From IMG/VR virus record IMGVR_UViG_3300037466_001335, positions 1 to 64,000 of that record: a stretch of 64,000 bases of DNA. The stretch is one strand, 5' to 3'. A program made the position numbers and the translations under genes. The notes beneath the pieces are model-generated. The model was not told the origin of the DNA and made no database searches. It saw nothing but the letters and a program-made list of their open reading frames with translations. Each line of letters starts with the position of its first letter. Within the stretch, counting starts at the first letter, position 1. The DNA is from a virus. Taxonomy: Duplodnaviria > Caudoviricetes. Positions 1 to 9,535 of the stretch are shown in pieces.

Positions 1-1876
1 CAACCACTGTATTGTCCGGCATCGGTGCTTGCGGATATCCACTAATCGACATAATCGAAATTGCCGATGTGCCGGGTTGTGGCTGACTTGAGCCAAGATA
101 ATTGGCAAACGTTAGGATCGGTGCGTCGTAATTGCCAGCAGGGACAACAACACTAACCGTGAATGTATTGGGCGTGACCGTTGTATCAATCGTGACAGCA
201 ACCGTCTGAGTAGCTGCACCGTTAGGATTGCTTGCCGCAGCAGGGACTACAAGCTGACCAGACGTGGCCTTCTCACATGTTCCGCGAATTGTACATGTTT
301 GACCGTCGATAGGGTCTTGAACAAGTGTCAGCGCCCTTGGGCCAACCACCACTACAGCTTGCGTACCAGTTTGAGGTAAGCTAGTCCCACCTGGACCTGT
401 GAACAACAAAACAGGTGCATCATAGCTCCCAGGAGGAAGCGCAGCAGACACTGTGAAGGTGTTTGGCGTTACAGTTGTATTAATGGTAACCGCAATAGAC
501 GGGCTCGCGATGCCTGGATTGGTCGCTGATGCAGGAACGGTCAATTGTCCCGATGTGGCATTTTGCACTGTCCCGTGAATCGTAAGGACTTGTGCTGTTG
601 TCACATCATCCTGCACCAAGCTTAAGGCTTGTGGGCCTACAACATCAATAGCACCAAGCGGATTTGACCCAACAACAGTGTAGTAAGTGTTAGCAACGGA
701 AAAGCTTAATGTATAGCGTCCTGCTTTCACAGCATTAAACGTTGCTGTGAATGTGCCGGTGCCAAAAACAATATTTACCGGACCTTGTGCAACACCGGAG
801 TTGTATGGTGTCGACGTAACAGCAAGCGCTGCTGTGCCGCTTGTCGGGCTTCCTGTCGTAGTGCCTGTGATTACAACATTCTGATTAGTGGTCGTAATGT
901 TTGTAACTGTTGCTGTAGGCGCTTTAATACTAGATGGCGTTTCCCACGCACCGATATCGCAAGACACACCTTGTTGACGAACGCCTGTAATTGTTTGTGT
1001 GTTGTCAATGCTAGGAGCCACACCCGCATCAATTAAACCTGAGCCTGTCTTGACCCTGAAGTCATTTACAGTGTCAACAAATTGGTTGGCATAGACAAGA
1101 TTTGGCTTGTTGTTTGTGCCAAATAGAATGCTGCCATCGCTGGCATTGTTGGAACCTACGAAATCTGAACGAGTAGAGAAAGCGCTACATCCAAACCCTG
1201 CGCTATTTGTCAGCTTAGCTGCTGCAATATCACTACCGAAAGCTGGCAATGTCGCAGCAGCTAGATTTGACAGTCGTACGACAGTGATATTCTCAGCAGA
1301 GGGGGAAACACCGTACGCGTTAAAGTGCAGACCCTCTGACGCAGCTCCTGTTAGGATAACATATGTATTTCGAACAGACCCCGACTTGACTTGGATTGCT
1401 CGTGCGACAGCATTGTTGCCAGCGAACTCAACCAAGCAGTTTGTTGCCAAGCCATTTCCAACTGTACCAGTGACACCTATTGAGGTTACACCACCAACAC
1501 CAGATGACTTGATTTGTAAGCCATCCAGTGTTACATAATCACCAACATTAATATGTGTTGCATAATTAATGTTAAAGTTTACTGCTACACCGTTCGCTGG
1601 ATTGTACCTCAGAGCGTTCGTCAGAAGATTTACGTTATCCCTGAAACCTTGCCCTGCTGCTGGACGCACCACGAGATTGTGAGTTGCGTCCACTGTCTTG
1701 CCCGAGAAATTCCAAACTGCTGCTGGAACAAACTCGGAGTCATTGTACAATTCAAATACATAAGCTACATCAGCAGCAACCCAGTCATTAGGTGTAGAAG
1801 CCCAAGCCGCTGCAACTGTAGCAAAATCCCTGCCAGAAGCTGCGCTACCAATCTTGAGTGTAGTGATAGTTGCCAT
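1..1876 (-). CDS. Large virion fibre/surface protein, partial (runs off window start): parallel beta-helix-like N-terminus ending in a DIGAWE motif, then Ig-like repeats
   Basis: Missing from the ORF track because it has no stop in the window. Hand translation from ATG at 1876 gives MATITTLKIGSAASGRDFATVAAAWAST..., open in the stretches I checked down to position 2. TTVTPNTFTVS recurs about 98 aa apart. Confidence 0.75.
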   Translation of the reverse strand, partial: MATITTLKIGSAASGRDFATVAAAWASTPNDWVAADVAYVFELYNDSEFVPAAVWNFSGKTVDATHNLVVRPAAGQGFRDNVNLLTNALRYNPANGVAVNFNINYATHINVGDYVTLDGLQIKSSGVGGVTSIGVTGTVGNGLATNCLVEFAGNNAVARAIQVKSGSVRNTYVILTGAASEGLHFNAYGVSPSAENITVVRLSNLAAATLPAFGSDIAAAKLTNSAGFGCSAFSTRSDFVGSNNASDGSILFGTNNKPNLVYANQFVDTVNDFRVKTGSGLIDAGVAPSIDNTQTITGVRQQGVSCDIGAWETPSSIKAPTATVTNITTTNQNVVITGTTTGSPTSGTAALAVTSTPYNSGVAQGPVNIVFGTGTFTATFNAVKAGRYTLSFSVANTYYTVVGSNPLGAIDVVGPQALSLVQDDVTTAQVLTIHGTVQNATSGQLTVPASATNPGIASPSIAVTINTTVTPNTFTVSAALPPGSYDAPVLLFTGPGGTSLPQTGTQAVVVVGPRALTLVQDPIDGQTCTIRGTCEKATSGQLVVPAAASNPNGAATQTVAVTIDTTVTPNTFTVSVVVPAGNYDAPILTFANYLGSSQPQPGTSAISIMSISGYPQAPMPDNTVV

Positions 1877-1936
1877 TATACATCCTCATAGGTTAACGCA
1901 GAACACACATCTGCAAATAAAATTTTATACTGCATC

Positions 1937-4762
1937 TCAGTCTTTCGGGCCAACTTCTGTTGGAGGTAAGAACGGACCATGCGCAGGGAAAAGGTATGTC
2001 ATTGAATAAGCTTGACCCGCTGCTCTCTTAACGAGGTAGCTGTCATACTCAGCTTGCAGTTTTGCGATGGCGTCTCCTAAACGAGCATTAGGATAATCCG
2101 GCCAATAGTCTCTACGCGCCTTTAAATACTGCATGTACAAGTGCGGGCAACCTGTCTGCTCCTCGGCCCTGTCATCGTACGCAGTTAAAAATCGCTTAAA
2201 TCTTTGAGGGTATAAATAGGTTGTAGCAGTATTCCTATCTATTGTTGGCGACAAAATCGGTAGGTATTGATCTAACATGGCTTTTTGTGCCACCCAATCA
2301 GCAGGAACGTCAGCAACAGTGTACTGAGTGGCAGAAGCCTTCCCTACGATAGCAATGGCATAATACGCATCTCTGCAATCCGTGTCCATAACGTAGTCAA
2401 TGACAAATCGGTCAAGATTACGAATCATCATGTCTAAGGCGACTCGGCATTTATCACTGCGTTTGCGCATTGCTGCCCACATCCCAACTTGACGCATTAG
2501 CGTAAGCGTGTGCACCATATACAGACCTAACGAGCCCCCTGCTGTCTGGTACGTATCACCACTGGGGTTGATGCTGACAGCAGTTCCTAGATTGCGGATA
2601 GCTGCTGAAAAAATAGTCTGTTCGTTGTCTATGAAAGCTGGCTTGTAAATCTTATCGTAAAGAAGTTCCAACTCAATCTGGAGACGTGCTTCAATGTCTT
2701 CTTTGGAATACCCTAATGGGTGCTCTGTAGCCACTTTCCAAGCCATTACGTGAGCTAACACGCGCCAAGCATGAATGCGCTGGCCGTAATAACCCTTGGG
2801 ATCGGTTGTGGGGGGTGCACTACCTAAAGCACTCATCCATTGCGTATCGAAATCGTGTTTGGCTGCAATAGCGTGCATTGGACTATTCAACATGAATGCC
2901 CACCATCCCGCATTGCAATAACTGTGCAAGGAATCCCGCTGCCATCCAGAGTAATACATATAACCTTCCGGATCGTTGTGGAACGCAGTTCGGCTCTTAC
3001 CATTAATGATCGCACAAATATCGATAGAAACTTGCGGACCTAGAGGTTTTCCCAAAGTCGCGTAAGCTGTCTCAATGCCGTAGTAGGCACCAACAAATAT
3101 CCACGAACTCTTAAGCATATCTGCTTTTGGCAAAGATTCAAAAGTTTGGACGTTGCGAATCCAATGGTTAGAGTGGTTAAAGTAAGCCATGCCCCAACCT
3201 TCCAACATGTCTCTAATAGGCACATTACCTTCAGGTCTTTTCCAATTAGGATTGGCAGCATAAATTGCCAACACAGATGGGCATGACGCACGATCAAAAC
3301 GTTGACCGCCTTTGCCTGTAACCCAATCATGCCCGGACAGACTTCCTGCTTGATACTTATAGCCCATTGCGCGATACCAGGGATAGTGGTCTCGATTTGT
3401 AAACATGGAAGGATCGCGGGGGCGAGATTCGTAAGCAGTCAGATAAGCATTATCTTTTGCTTGGTCGTTCTTCAATGGGTACGGTGGAAGCACATACCAA
3501 TGTGCCATACTATCTGCCTGACCGTATCTATACGCAGCTAACGGGTGATAAGCATTGGAGCTAGGGCCACCGTGCGTACCAAATGTAGGGTGATCGTAAG
3601 AGTAGGTCTCGACACCGGGGAAATATTTACCAGCCTTGGATGAAAGCCGTGTACGCATATTCTGCCAAGGGAGCATCATGCCACAATTGAAACGTGGAAT
3701 AGACGGTTCGTCCGTCGTTTGTACTTCAGAAAGCTGTGGCGAATTGATTGGCAATGTCGGCTTGTCGTTAAAAGCTTTCCACTCGTGTGTGAACAGCGGC
3801 GTCCTGTTCGCTGCACCATTGTTATAACCAGTCTGCGTGTATAGATTGATTTTAAACGGTTGAGGAATAGTCCTGTCAGCCGTATCGGGATTAGAGCATG
3901 GCCCGTATGTGGGCGGCGATGTGGTGTTGTCAATAACAGGCCATTTCGCGCGCACGAACGTGTCCATTGCTGGGTATGTAGACCAACGCCCGTACGGCTT
4001 GAATGACAGCAGCATTTGCTCCAACTGCGTTACGCCGTCTTCTGAATTATAGTTTGATGCAATTAGGAGCAAGCCGCCTAACTCAAAGCGACGTGGCGCA
4101 GCAGGGCTGGTCCATTTAATTGTGTTATCCACTTGATAAATAGCCACGTCACCAATCTCAGCAGCCATCTCAGCGTCTTGAAACACCCAGTCATCCTGTC
4201 GATTTGCTTCTTTAAATGTGGCAATGCCTACGACAACGGGGCTTGCAGGATTAGCCCAATCTACAAGTTCAATAATAGTCGGCGTAGTGGAACGAATCGG
4301 AGGTGCTTTAGGCCCTGTGCCAGACGACAAGAGACGTGGTGCTTTAGTGCCTGTTCCAGATGCAAACGCATAACCAGTGTTTGGCAACCCTGTGGGATTT
4401 CCGGATAGTACAAAATCACAGCCAGATCCTGTGATGCCGAGCGTACCTTGCACCCAATATCCATTTCCCTCCAAGCGCAAAACAGAAGCCCCCGTAGAAA
4501 GATCAGTGGCAGTGTGAATCGTCGTATTAGAAAGCTTACCAAGCCCTGTAATATTACCAGAGGAAATAGTCAAAGGCCCGGACGATTTCATGTTAAGAAA
4601 TTCTGCACCTGTTGTAGCAGGATCGGGCGCAGCACTGTTTGCATCTCTAAAGCAACGCAATGTGCGAACCGATCCTATCGCGTTTTGCAACTTGTTAGCC
4701 CAATCTAGCTTAGTAGTTGCGTTGTCAAGAATTGCCTTAAGATTGGTGCTGTATGTGAGCAT
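1937..4762 (-). CDS. 941-aa hypothetical virion-associated protein
   Basis: Long ORF in the structural operon; Gly/Thr-rich N-terminus, aromatic-rich C-terminus; no family recognised. Confidence 0.65.
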   Translation of the reverse strand: MLTYSTNLKAILDNATTKLDWANKLQNAIGSVRTLRCFRDANSAAPDPATTGAEFLNMKSSGPLTISSGNITGLGKLSNTTIHTATDLSTGASVLRLEGNGYWVQGTLGITGSGCDFVLSGNPTGLPNTGYAFASGTGTKAPRLLSSGTGPKAPPIRSTTPTIIELVDWANPASPVVVGIATFKEANRQDDWVFQDAEMAAEIGDVAIYQVDNTIKWTSPAAPRRFELGGLLLIASNYNSEDGVTQLEQMLLSFKPYGRWSTYPAMDTFVRAKWPVIDNTTSPPTYGPCSNPDTADRTIPQPFKINLYTQTGYNNGAANRTPLFTHEWKAFNDKPTLPINSPQLSEVQTTDEPSIPRFNCGMMLPWQNMRTRLSSKAGKYFPGVETYSYDHPTFGTHGGPSSNAYHPLAAYRYGQADSMAHWYVLPPYPLKNDQAKDNAYLTAYESRPRDPSMFTNRDHYPWYRAMGYKYQAGSLSGHDWVTGKGGQRFDRASCPSVLAIYAANPNWKRPEGNVPIRDMLEGWGMAYFNHSNHWIRNVQTFESLPKADMLKSSWIFVGAYYGIETAYATLGKPLGPQVSIDICAIINGKSRTAFHNDPEGYMYYSGWQRDSLHSYCNAGWWAFMLNSPMHAIAAKHDFDTQWMSALGSAPPTTDPKGYYGQRIHAWRVLAHVMAWKVATEHPLGYSKEDIEARLQIELELLYDKIYKPAFIDNEQTIFSAAIRNLGTAVSINPSGDTYQTAGGSLGLYMVHTLTLMRQVGMWAAMRKRSDKCRVALDMMIRNLDRFVIDYVMDTDCRDAYYAIAIVGKASATQYTVADVPADWVAQKAMLDQYLPILSPTIDRNTATTYLYPQRFKRFLTAYDDRAEEQTGCPHLYMQYLKARRDYWPDYPNARLGDAIAKLQAEYDSYLVKRAAGQAYSMTYLFPAHGPFLPPTEVGPKD

Positions 4763-4798
4763 TGTTACCCTCGTTTTGTCTATTGTCTGATACGCAGA

Positions 4799-5485
4799 TC
4801 ATTCGTTAGCAATATCAATGTACACAGTTCGTTCATCTGTGCGAGCAGGTGTTGTGTTTGTCACGATTTTGCAAGCTACCGTAGAGGGCACTCCAGTTGT
4901 TCCTCCCGATACAAATATTGTCGCAGTTGTGTTGTCGTGGAATACGTCGGCATTATCTACACCAACCGCTGTAAACGTAACATCCGAGATAATTGCCGCG
5001 CCGATGTCCGTGAGCCAATCTGACCAATCGAATGTAATGTCAATTGTGGCATCGGGGTCTTTCAAACCTCTTGGCTTTTTGGAGTCAGTAAGGTTCCACC
5101 ACTTGCTGCCTGTGAAAACTGGGGCAGTGGATTGAACAAAGATAGTTCTGGCTGCGCTGGGTGTAAAGGAAGGAGGTTTTTGTGCTTCAGTTAAACTTGC
5201 GAATAGGCTGCTTGTGGCAGCAAGATTTGCAATCAAATTAACTGAAGTACTTAAACTGGAGGAAACAGCCGACCTTGCGATCAAGCTCGTAGAAAGCTGT
5301 GCTTGTTGGGCTGTAAACACTGCCGCCACAGTCGATGAGGCTTGAACTGTAGCTGTTAAATAAATAGTTGTTGTAAGAGCGGCTGCAACGGCAGAAGTTG
5401 CCAACATGGCACAAGAAAGGGAAGCATTAATAGTGCTTCCGCTAGTTCCTACCGCATTTGTGCCTACTGCATCAAATGTCGACAT
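4799..5485 (-). CDS. Putative fibre adaptor/virion protein
   Basis: Ala/Ser/Thr-rich N-terminus; C-terminal KDPDATIDITFDWSDWL...RTDERTVYI resembles phage fibre-adaptor proteins. Confidence 0.55.
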   Translation of the reverse strand: MSTFDAVGTNAVGTSGSTINASLSCAMLATSAVAAALTTTIYLTATVQASSTVAAVFTAQQAQLSTSLIARSAVSSSLSTSVNLIANLAATSSLFASLTEAQKPPSFTPSAARTIFVQSTAPVFTGSKWWNLTDSKKPRGLKDPDATIDITFDWSDWLTDIGAAIISDVTFTAVGVDNADVFHDNTTATIFVSGGTTGVPSTVACKIVTNTTPARTDERTVYIDIANE

Positions 5486-5495
5486 ACGCTACCCC

Positions 5496-8126
5496 TTATG
5501 CCCAACCAGTACCTTGCGGTGCAGTGAATGTGGAGTACACACTCGCCGACGTGTAGATGCCCATGATCTGGCAGTACAGCGTCCCGGTTACAACGCCGGT
5601 CCACGTGAAGATGAGCGTCCAGCTAACTTGATTGTCGCTCGACACGTAGCACGCGATGGTTGTGCCGCTGCGCACGAACTTAACCCAATCGCTGTTTGCA
5701 GGGATGCGATTCGACACAGCAGTAGTGGCGGTGCCTTGATAGGCCGAGTAGCCCGTCGTCTTCGCCATCATGTCGTAGGGTACAGATGCATAGTTACCGA
5801 CTGTGGCGGTGGTTCGGAAACCAACCATTGGCTGCGTCGAAACGTTGCCCAGTTGCATCATGATCATGCCGTCACCAGCCAAGGCCAGCGACGAGACGGC
5901 ACCGTTGACAGCGGTGGTGTAGTTCGTGTACGTGCTGTTTTCCGCGTACGCGTACGGCGGCGTCGTGGACGTTTCTGTCATGTTGGTCATGCCGGTAAAC
6001 CGTACAGGCGTATTGCCAGCAGCAGCAACGTTGTTTGTGACAGGCTGTGCAGTGAACGTAGCGGCGGGGTTGTTCGACGGGTCTTTGATTCGCGGGTCCG
6101 TTCCAGGGTCCGTGTAGGTCACAAGAATGGTTGTACCATTACTGAACGCCGAGGAGCACGTGACGGACACGATAGTGCCGCTGACTGACGCACTAGAGAT
6201 CGTCTTGGAGGTTCCAGACTCTGTGATCGTGAAGGCAGAGGACGGCGGGTTGCTTGCGGCAAGTGTCTCGGACATCGTGATCTGCACGACGGTCGGGGTG
6301 GCGTTGGCTACTTGAGCACTGACGAAGGTTGGAGGAGTCGTATCCGCAGATGCTACATTATTTGTAACTGTCAAACCTGTGAATGTGATAGCAAGATTAC
6401 CTACCAAATCGCGGAACCCGTTGGTGGCGGGTTGGGTATAACTAACAGAACGCGCAGCCTCACCATTAACAAATGGTTCACCCAAGCCGAGTACAATACT
6501 GCCCGAATTGACTGTCACACTTGTTACAGTGTGCCCACTAACAGTGAACGCAGAAGTCGCTGGTGTGTAAGTCGTATCCAGTGTTTCAGATGCCGTCATT
6601 GTTAACGAGGACGGCGAAGCGTTTGCCACGGTTGCACCGCTCAGCGTGGGTGGAGTGTTGTCCACAGCAGCAACACTGTTTGTGATCGAAACACCAGACT
6701 GACTGGTCATCATGTTGCCGGAAAAGTCACGAATTCCATTTCCCGGCGCGGTGAATGTAAGAGTCCGAGCGGCTTCACCATTGATAAACGAAGGAGTAAC
6801 TGTCAAATACAAAACATTTCCGCTACCTGTTGCCGCAGTTACGGTGTGTCCAGAACTGATCGTGTAAGCCGATGCGACAGGTGGGTATGCAGGATCAAAT
6901 GGTTCAGATAGAGTGGCAGCAATGGTATTTGGCGATGCGTTATAGACAGCCGCCGAGAGAATGGTCGGCGCAGTAGAATCTGTACCACGATAAGTTAAAG
7001 CCTTCCCCAACACAGTGCTGAGTCCGCAACCCATAATACGGGCGCCCGTTGTGTTGTAGTGAACCTTATTCGATGGGGAGAACTGGTAGCCAGATACACC
7101 CGCAACATATGCACAGCGAGAGACTTCTGCTGCTACTTGTTGGTGCGCCAAGTCGATGGGGCCGTAAGCTGCGGTCGTACCGTCTACATTGGCTACGTAC
7201 TCGCCAATCATTCCTGCAATCAGAAACCATGAATTTTGTGCGCCTGTCATGCGATTGCGGAAACCTTGAATAAGCGCTTTCAGGGCAGATGCATAACGAA
7301 TTTGCGAAACCGTATAGGCAGCATCTGATTCTCCCTGCAACCAAATTGTTCCAACAATACGACTGCTAGGATATAACACCTGAGCGGCAGCAAGCGCTGC
7401 GTTCGCTTGTAGAATGGCGTTTTCGTACAGGTAGCCAGATGCGACAAGGCCATTGCTCGTACCGTCTCCAGGAGACCACTCAGCCGTCTGTGCAACCAAG
7501 TACGTAGCGCCTTTTGCGACTGGAACGAGCAACACCTTACGATTGCCAGGAATCATACCGGCATACGTCTTACCAAACCATGTGGCTGGCCCCATACCTG
7601 GGGCGATTGTATAGTGCTTAAGTGGCTCAGTCGCCAGTGCTATTTTCTGGTACGATGAGTCAGTAGGGCAACCACCCCATGCGTAGACACGCGGGTCTGT
7701 AACATCAATGGTGGCATCTGGCGACATCTGCCCTTGCATGTTCGATTGGCCTGCGCAGATGATGATATCGAAGCCAGGATCGTTAGGGTTTGCAGCAGAA
7801 TTCAGAATTGCGGAGGAGTTAACGTTGAATACTGTGAGGGCACCCCCATCAAATGTAACCGCCCGTCCAGCGTTAGAACTGGCGTTAATTTGTGTGCGAG
7901 TCAGTGTCGTTGTGCTAGAAATAGCATATAACCCACTCTCCCAGTTGCCTGTAGCATCTTCCACCATGAAAGGAACATTGGTGTCTCCGACTGAGAAATC
8001 GCCATCGGAAATAGCTTTGGTGAGGTTGCGACATTTGGCAGCAGCAACACCTGTCGTAATAGTTGCTGCCGATGTTCCTGTAGCAGAGAACTTTACGCGA
8101 TCCGCGAATTTATTTCCCATTGCCAC
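5496..8126 (-). CDS. Virion fibre protein with SGNH/SASA (sialate O-acetylesterase/CE6-like) domain and three SwmB-like Ig repeats
   Basis: GQSNM and WLQGESD esterase blocks plus a C-terminal His (NKVH); three ~105-aa repeats starting D-x-T-x-P-T; N-terminal FADRVK...WESG...LTR virion-attachment-type domain. Confidence 0.75.
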   Translation of the reverse strand: MAMGNKFADRVKFSATGTSAATITTGVAAAKCRNLTKAISDGDFSVGDTNVPFMVEDATGNWESGLYAISSTTTLTRTQINASSNAGRAVTFDGGALTVFNVNSSAILNSAANPNDPGFDIIICAGQSNMQGQMSPDATIDVTDPRVYAWGGCPTDSSYQKIALATEPLKHYTIAPGMGPATWFGKTYAGMIPGNRKVLLVPVAKGATYLVAQTAEWSPGDGTSNGLVASGYLYENAILQANAALAAAQVLYPSSRIVGTIWLQGESDAAYTVSQIRYASALKALIQGFRNRMTGAQNSWFLIAGMIGEYVANVDGTTAAYGPIDLAHQQVAAEVSRCAYVAGVSGYQFSPSNKVHYNTTGARIMGCGLSTVLGKALTYRGTDSTAPTILSAAVYNASPNTIAATLSEPFDPAYPPVASAYTISSGHTVTAATGSGNVLYLTVTPSFINGEAARTLTFTAPGNGIRDFSGNMMTSQSGVSITNSVAAVDNTPPTLSGATVANASPSSLTMTASETLDTTYTPATSAFTVSGHTVTSVTVNSGSIVLGLGEPFVNGEAARSVSYTQPATNGFRDLVGNLAITFTGLTVTNNVASADTTPPTFVSAQVANATPTVVQITMSETLAASNPPSSAFTITESGTSKTISSASVSGTIVSVTCSSAFSNGTTILVTYTDPGTDPRIKDPSNNPAATFTAQPVTNNVAAAGNTPVRFTGMTNMTETSTTPPYAYAENSTYTNYTTAVNGAVSSLALAGDGMIMMQLGNVSTQPMVGFRTTATVGNYASVPYDMMAKTTGYSAYQGTATTAVSNRIPANSDWVKFVRSGTTIACYVSSDNQVSWTLIFTWTGVVTGTLYCQIMGIYTSASVYSTFTAPQGTGWA

Positions 8127-8129
8127 TCC

Positions 8130-8573
8130 TTAGTTATCAATTTGGATCGACAGAGATGCAGCACTAAAAATAGGAGCAGCATCACCGCTGTTTACAGTTT
8201 TAGGGGTTGTCAACGTGCCGTACACCCATTCGTTACCCCCTGTGGCTGCATCAAACAAGCCAAGGCCAACAACAGAACCCCAGTTAGCCGTGGGGGCAGG
8301 GAAAGTGATAACACTGTTATTTGATGTCGTGCCGGACGCGCCAGTCGATGCAACAGTGGTGCCTGCACCTTGCGTACCAGCCCAGTTGGCTAACGACGAA
8401 GTGACAGCAACCCGTGCATACGAGCCACCAGACACCTCAACACGCGCAGTACCTGCATCATTATCGGCAGTGGTAAAAAGTCCAACGTAAAAAGTAGCAG
8501 GGGCGTTAAGGGGTTGACCACGGAACACCGCGTCAACGATTTTATTTTCAGCGTAGTCTGTCCAAGCAGCCAT
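8130..8573 (-). CDS. Conserved phage structural protein (tail-fibre-associated type)
   Basis: TDYAENKIVD...YVGLFT...EVSGGSYARVAV...FPAPTANWG pattern typical of a widespread phage virion family. Confidence 0.65.
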   Translation of the reverse strand: MAAWTDYAENKIVDAVFRGQPLNAPATFYVGLFTTADNDAGTARVEVSGGSYARVAVTSSLANWAGTQGAGTTVASTGASGTTSNNSVITFPAPTANWGSVVGLGLFDAATGGNEWVYGTLTTPKTVNSGDAAPIFSAASLSIQIDN

Positions 8574-8607
8574 TTCAATTCCTTTGAGTTATTTGTCTGT
8601 TGTGTTA

Positions 8608-9003
8608 TTATTCACGAATGTAAAGTTCGTACATAATGCAGCCGTCAGTGGACAGCGAAGGGTTGTACTGTTTTACAGTGATAATTTTATAAATCTTATC
8701 GCCAACTTTAAGAAAGTCTCGATTTGGGGAGAGATGGGGGAGCGGAAGTCCTACATCAGTTTTTTGTGGAGGCTGCACGTACACCTGCTTGTCGCCAGTT
8801 TGCACAAGAGTATTCTTCTCTGTACCTACACCCTCTTGTTTACGCACATAGTCAAACACAAGAATGTTGACAGCGTAATCTTGGAATGTGACGACGTTCT
8901 CTGATGTAGACGTGTCGTACTCTTCTGCAATAGCCACCGAAATGTAGCCTTGCATTCCGTATCGGGACATCATAGTAGCGACTGTTCGGTCTAGAATGTT
9001 CAT
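8608..9003 (-). CDS. Head closure/head-tail joining protein
   Basis: Position after the adaptor; VQTGDKQVYV...LKVGDKIYKIITVKQYNP pattern. Confidence 0.6.
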   Translation of the reverse strand: MNILDRTVATMMSRYGMQGYISVAIAEEYDTSTSENVVTFQDYAVNILVFDYVRKQEGVGTEKNTLVQTGDKQVYVQPPQKTDVGLPLPHLSPNRDFLKVGDKIYKIITVKQYNPSLSTDGCIMYELYIRE

Positions 9004-9473
9004 TACGGACTCGGAATTTCAGGGGGTGCAAGATTAGCTACATCGCCGCTGTACGGATCAAATGGACCAATAGCAATTTGATGTAGGCGTTCGTCCGATG
9101 TAGGGCGATTCTGCGCATTCGTGAAGTCTTCTTTGAACTGAAGAATCGGATGCAATTCATCTGCACCAGCAGCGTATGGAAGTGGGCAAACGCCATTAAA
9201 TGCAGGTTCCTTGATAACAAGCTTCAAGAACTCCATATATTGCGCAAAGGCTTGCTGCCCGTACACTTCGATAATGCCAAGCTTGCTTTGGGTATCAAAT
9301 GCAAGGCCAGCGAGAATGTATTGACCACACAAAATGGTAGCAGCGCGAAGATTGTTATTAGTGTCAGCGAGGGCACTATCGTAGACTTCATCAGGAAGTC
9401 GTGGAAGATCTAAATAATCGCCAAGACGGTAGCGCAGCTTACCGATGTTGGAGTTAAGGTCAATAATAGGCAT
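9003..9473 (-). CDS. Head-tail adaptor (connector) protein
   Basis: Directly after capsid terminator; start moved to MPIIDL, which follows a GGAG RBS; LRYRLGD...LPDEVY motif. Confidence 0.6.
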   Translation of the reverse strand: MPIIDLNSNIGKLRYRLGDYLDLPRLPDEVYDSALADTNNNLRAATILCGQYILAGLAFDTQSKLGIIEVYGQQAFAQYMEFLKLVIKEPAFNGVCPLPYAAGADELHPILQFKEDFTNAQNRPTSDERLHQIAIGPFDPYSGDVANLAPPEIPSP

Positions 9474-9494
9474 CTTTTCTCCTAGTAGAATTGA

Positions 9495-9521
9495 CAAAAC
9501 GCCCTCCGTAGAAGGCGTTTC
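9495..9521 (-). terminator. Rho-independent terminator after major capsid gene
   Basis: Minus-strand CGCCUUC-UACG-GAGGGCG hairpin followed by UUUUG. Confidence 0.8.
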
Positions 9522-9535
9522 AGCGATGCTACTGC

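Noticed and set aside
5406-6188. 260-aa plus-strand ORF and similar long antisense ORFs (9641-10627, 10642-11418, 43502-44221, 60027-60764)
   Set aside because: Shadow frames opposite well-supported genes with biased codon usage
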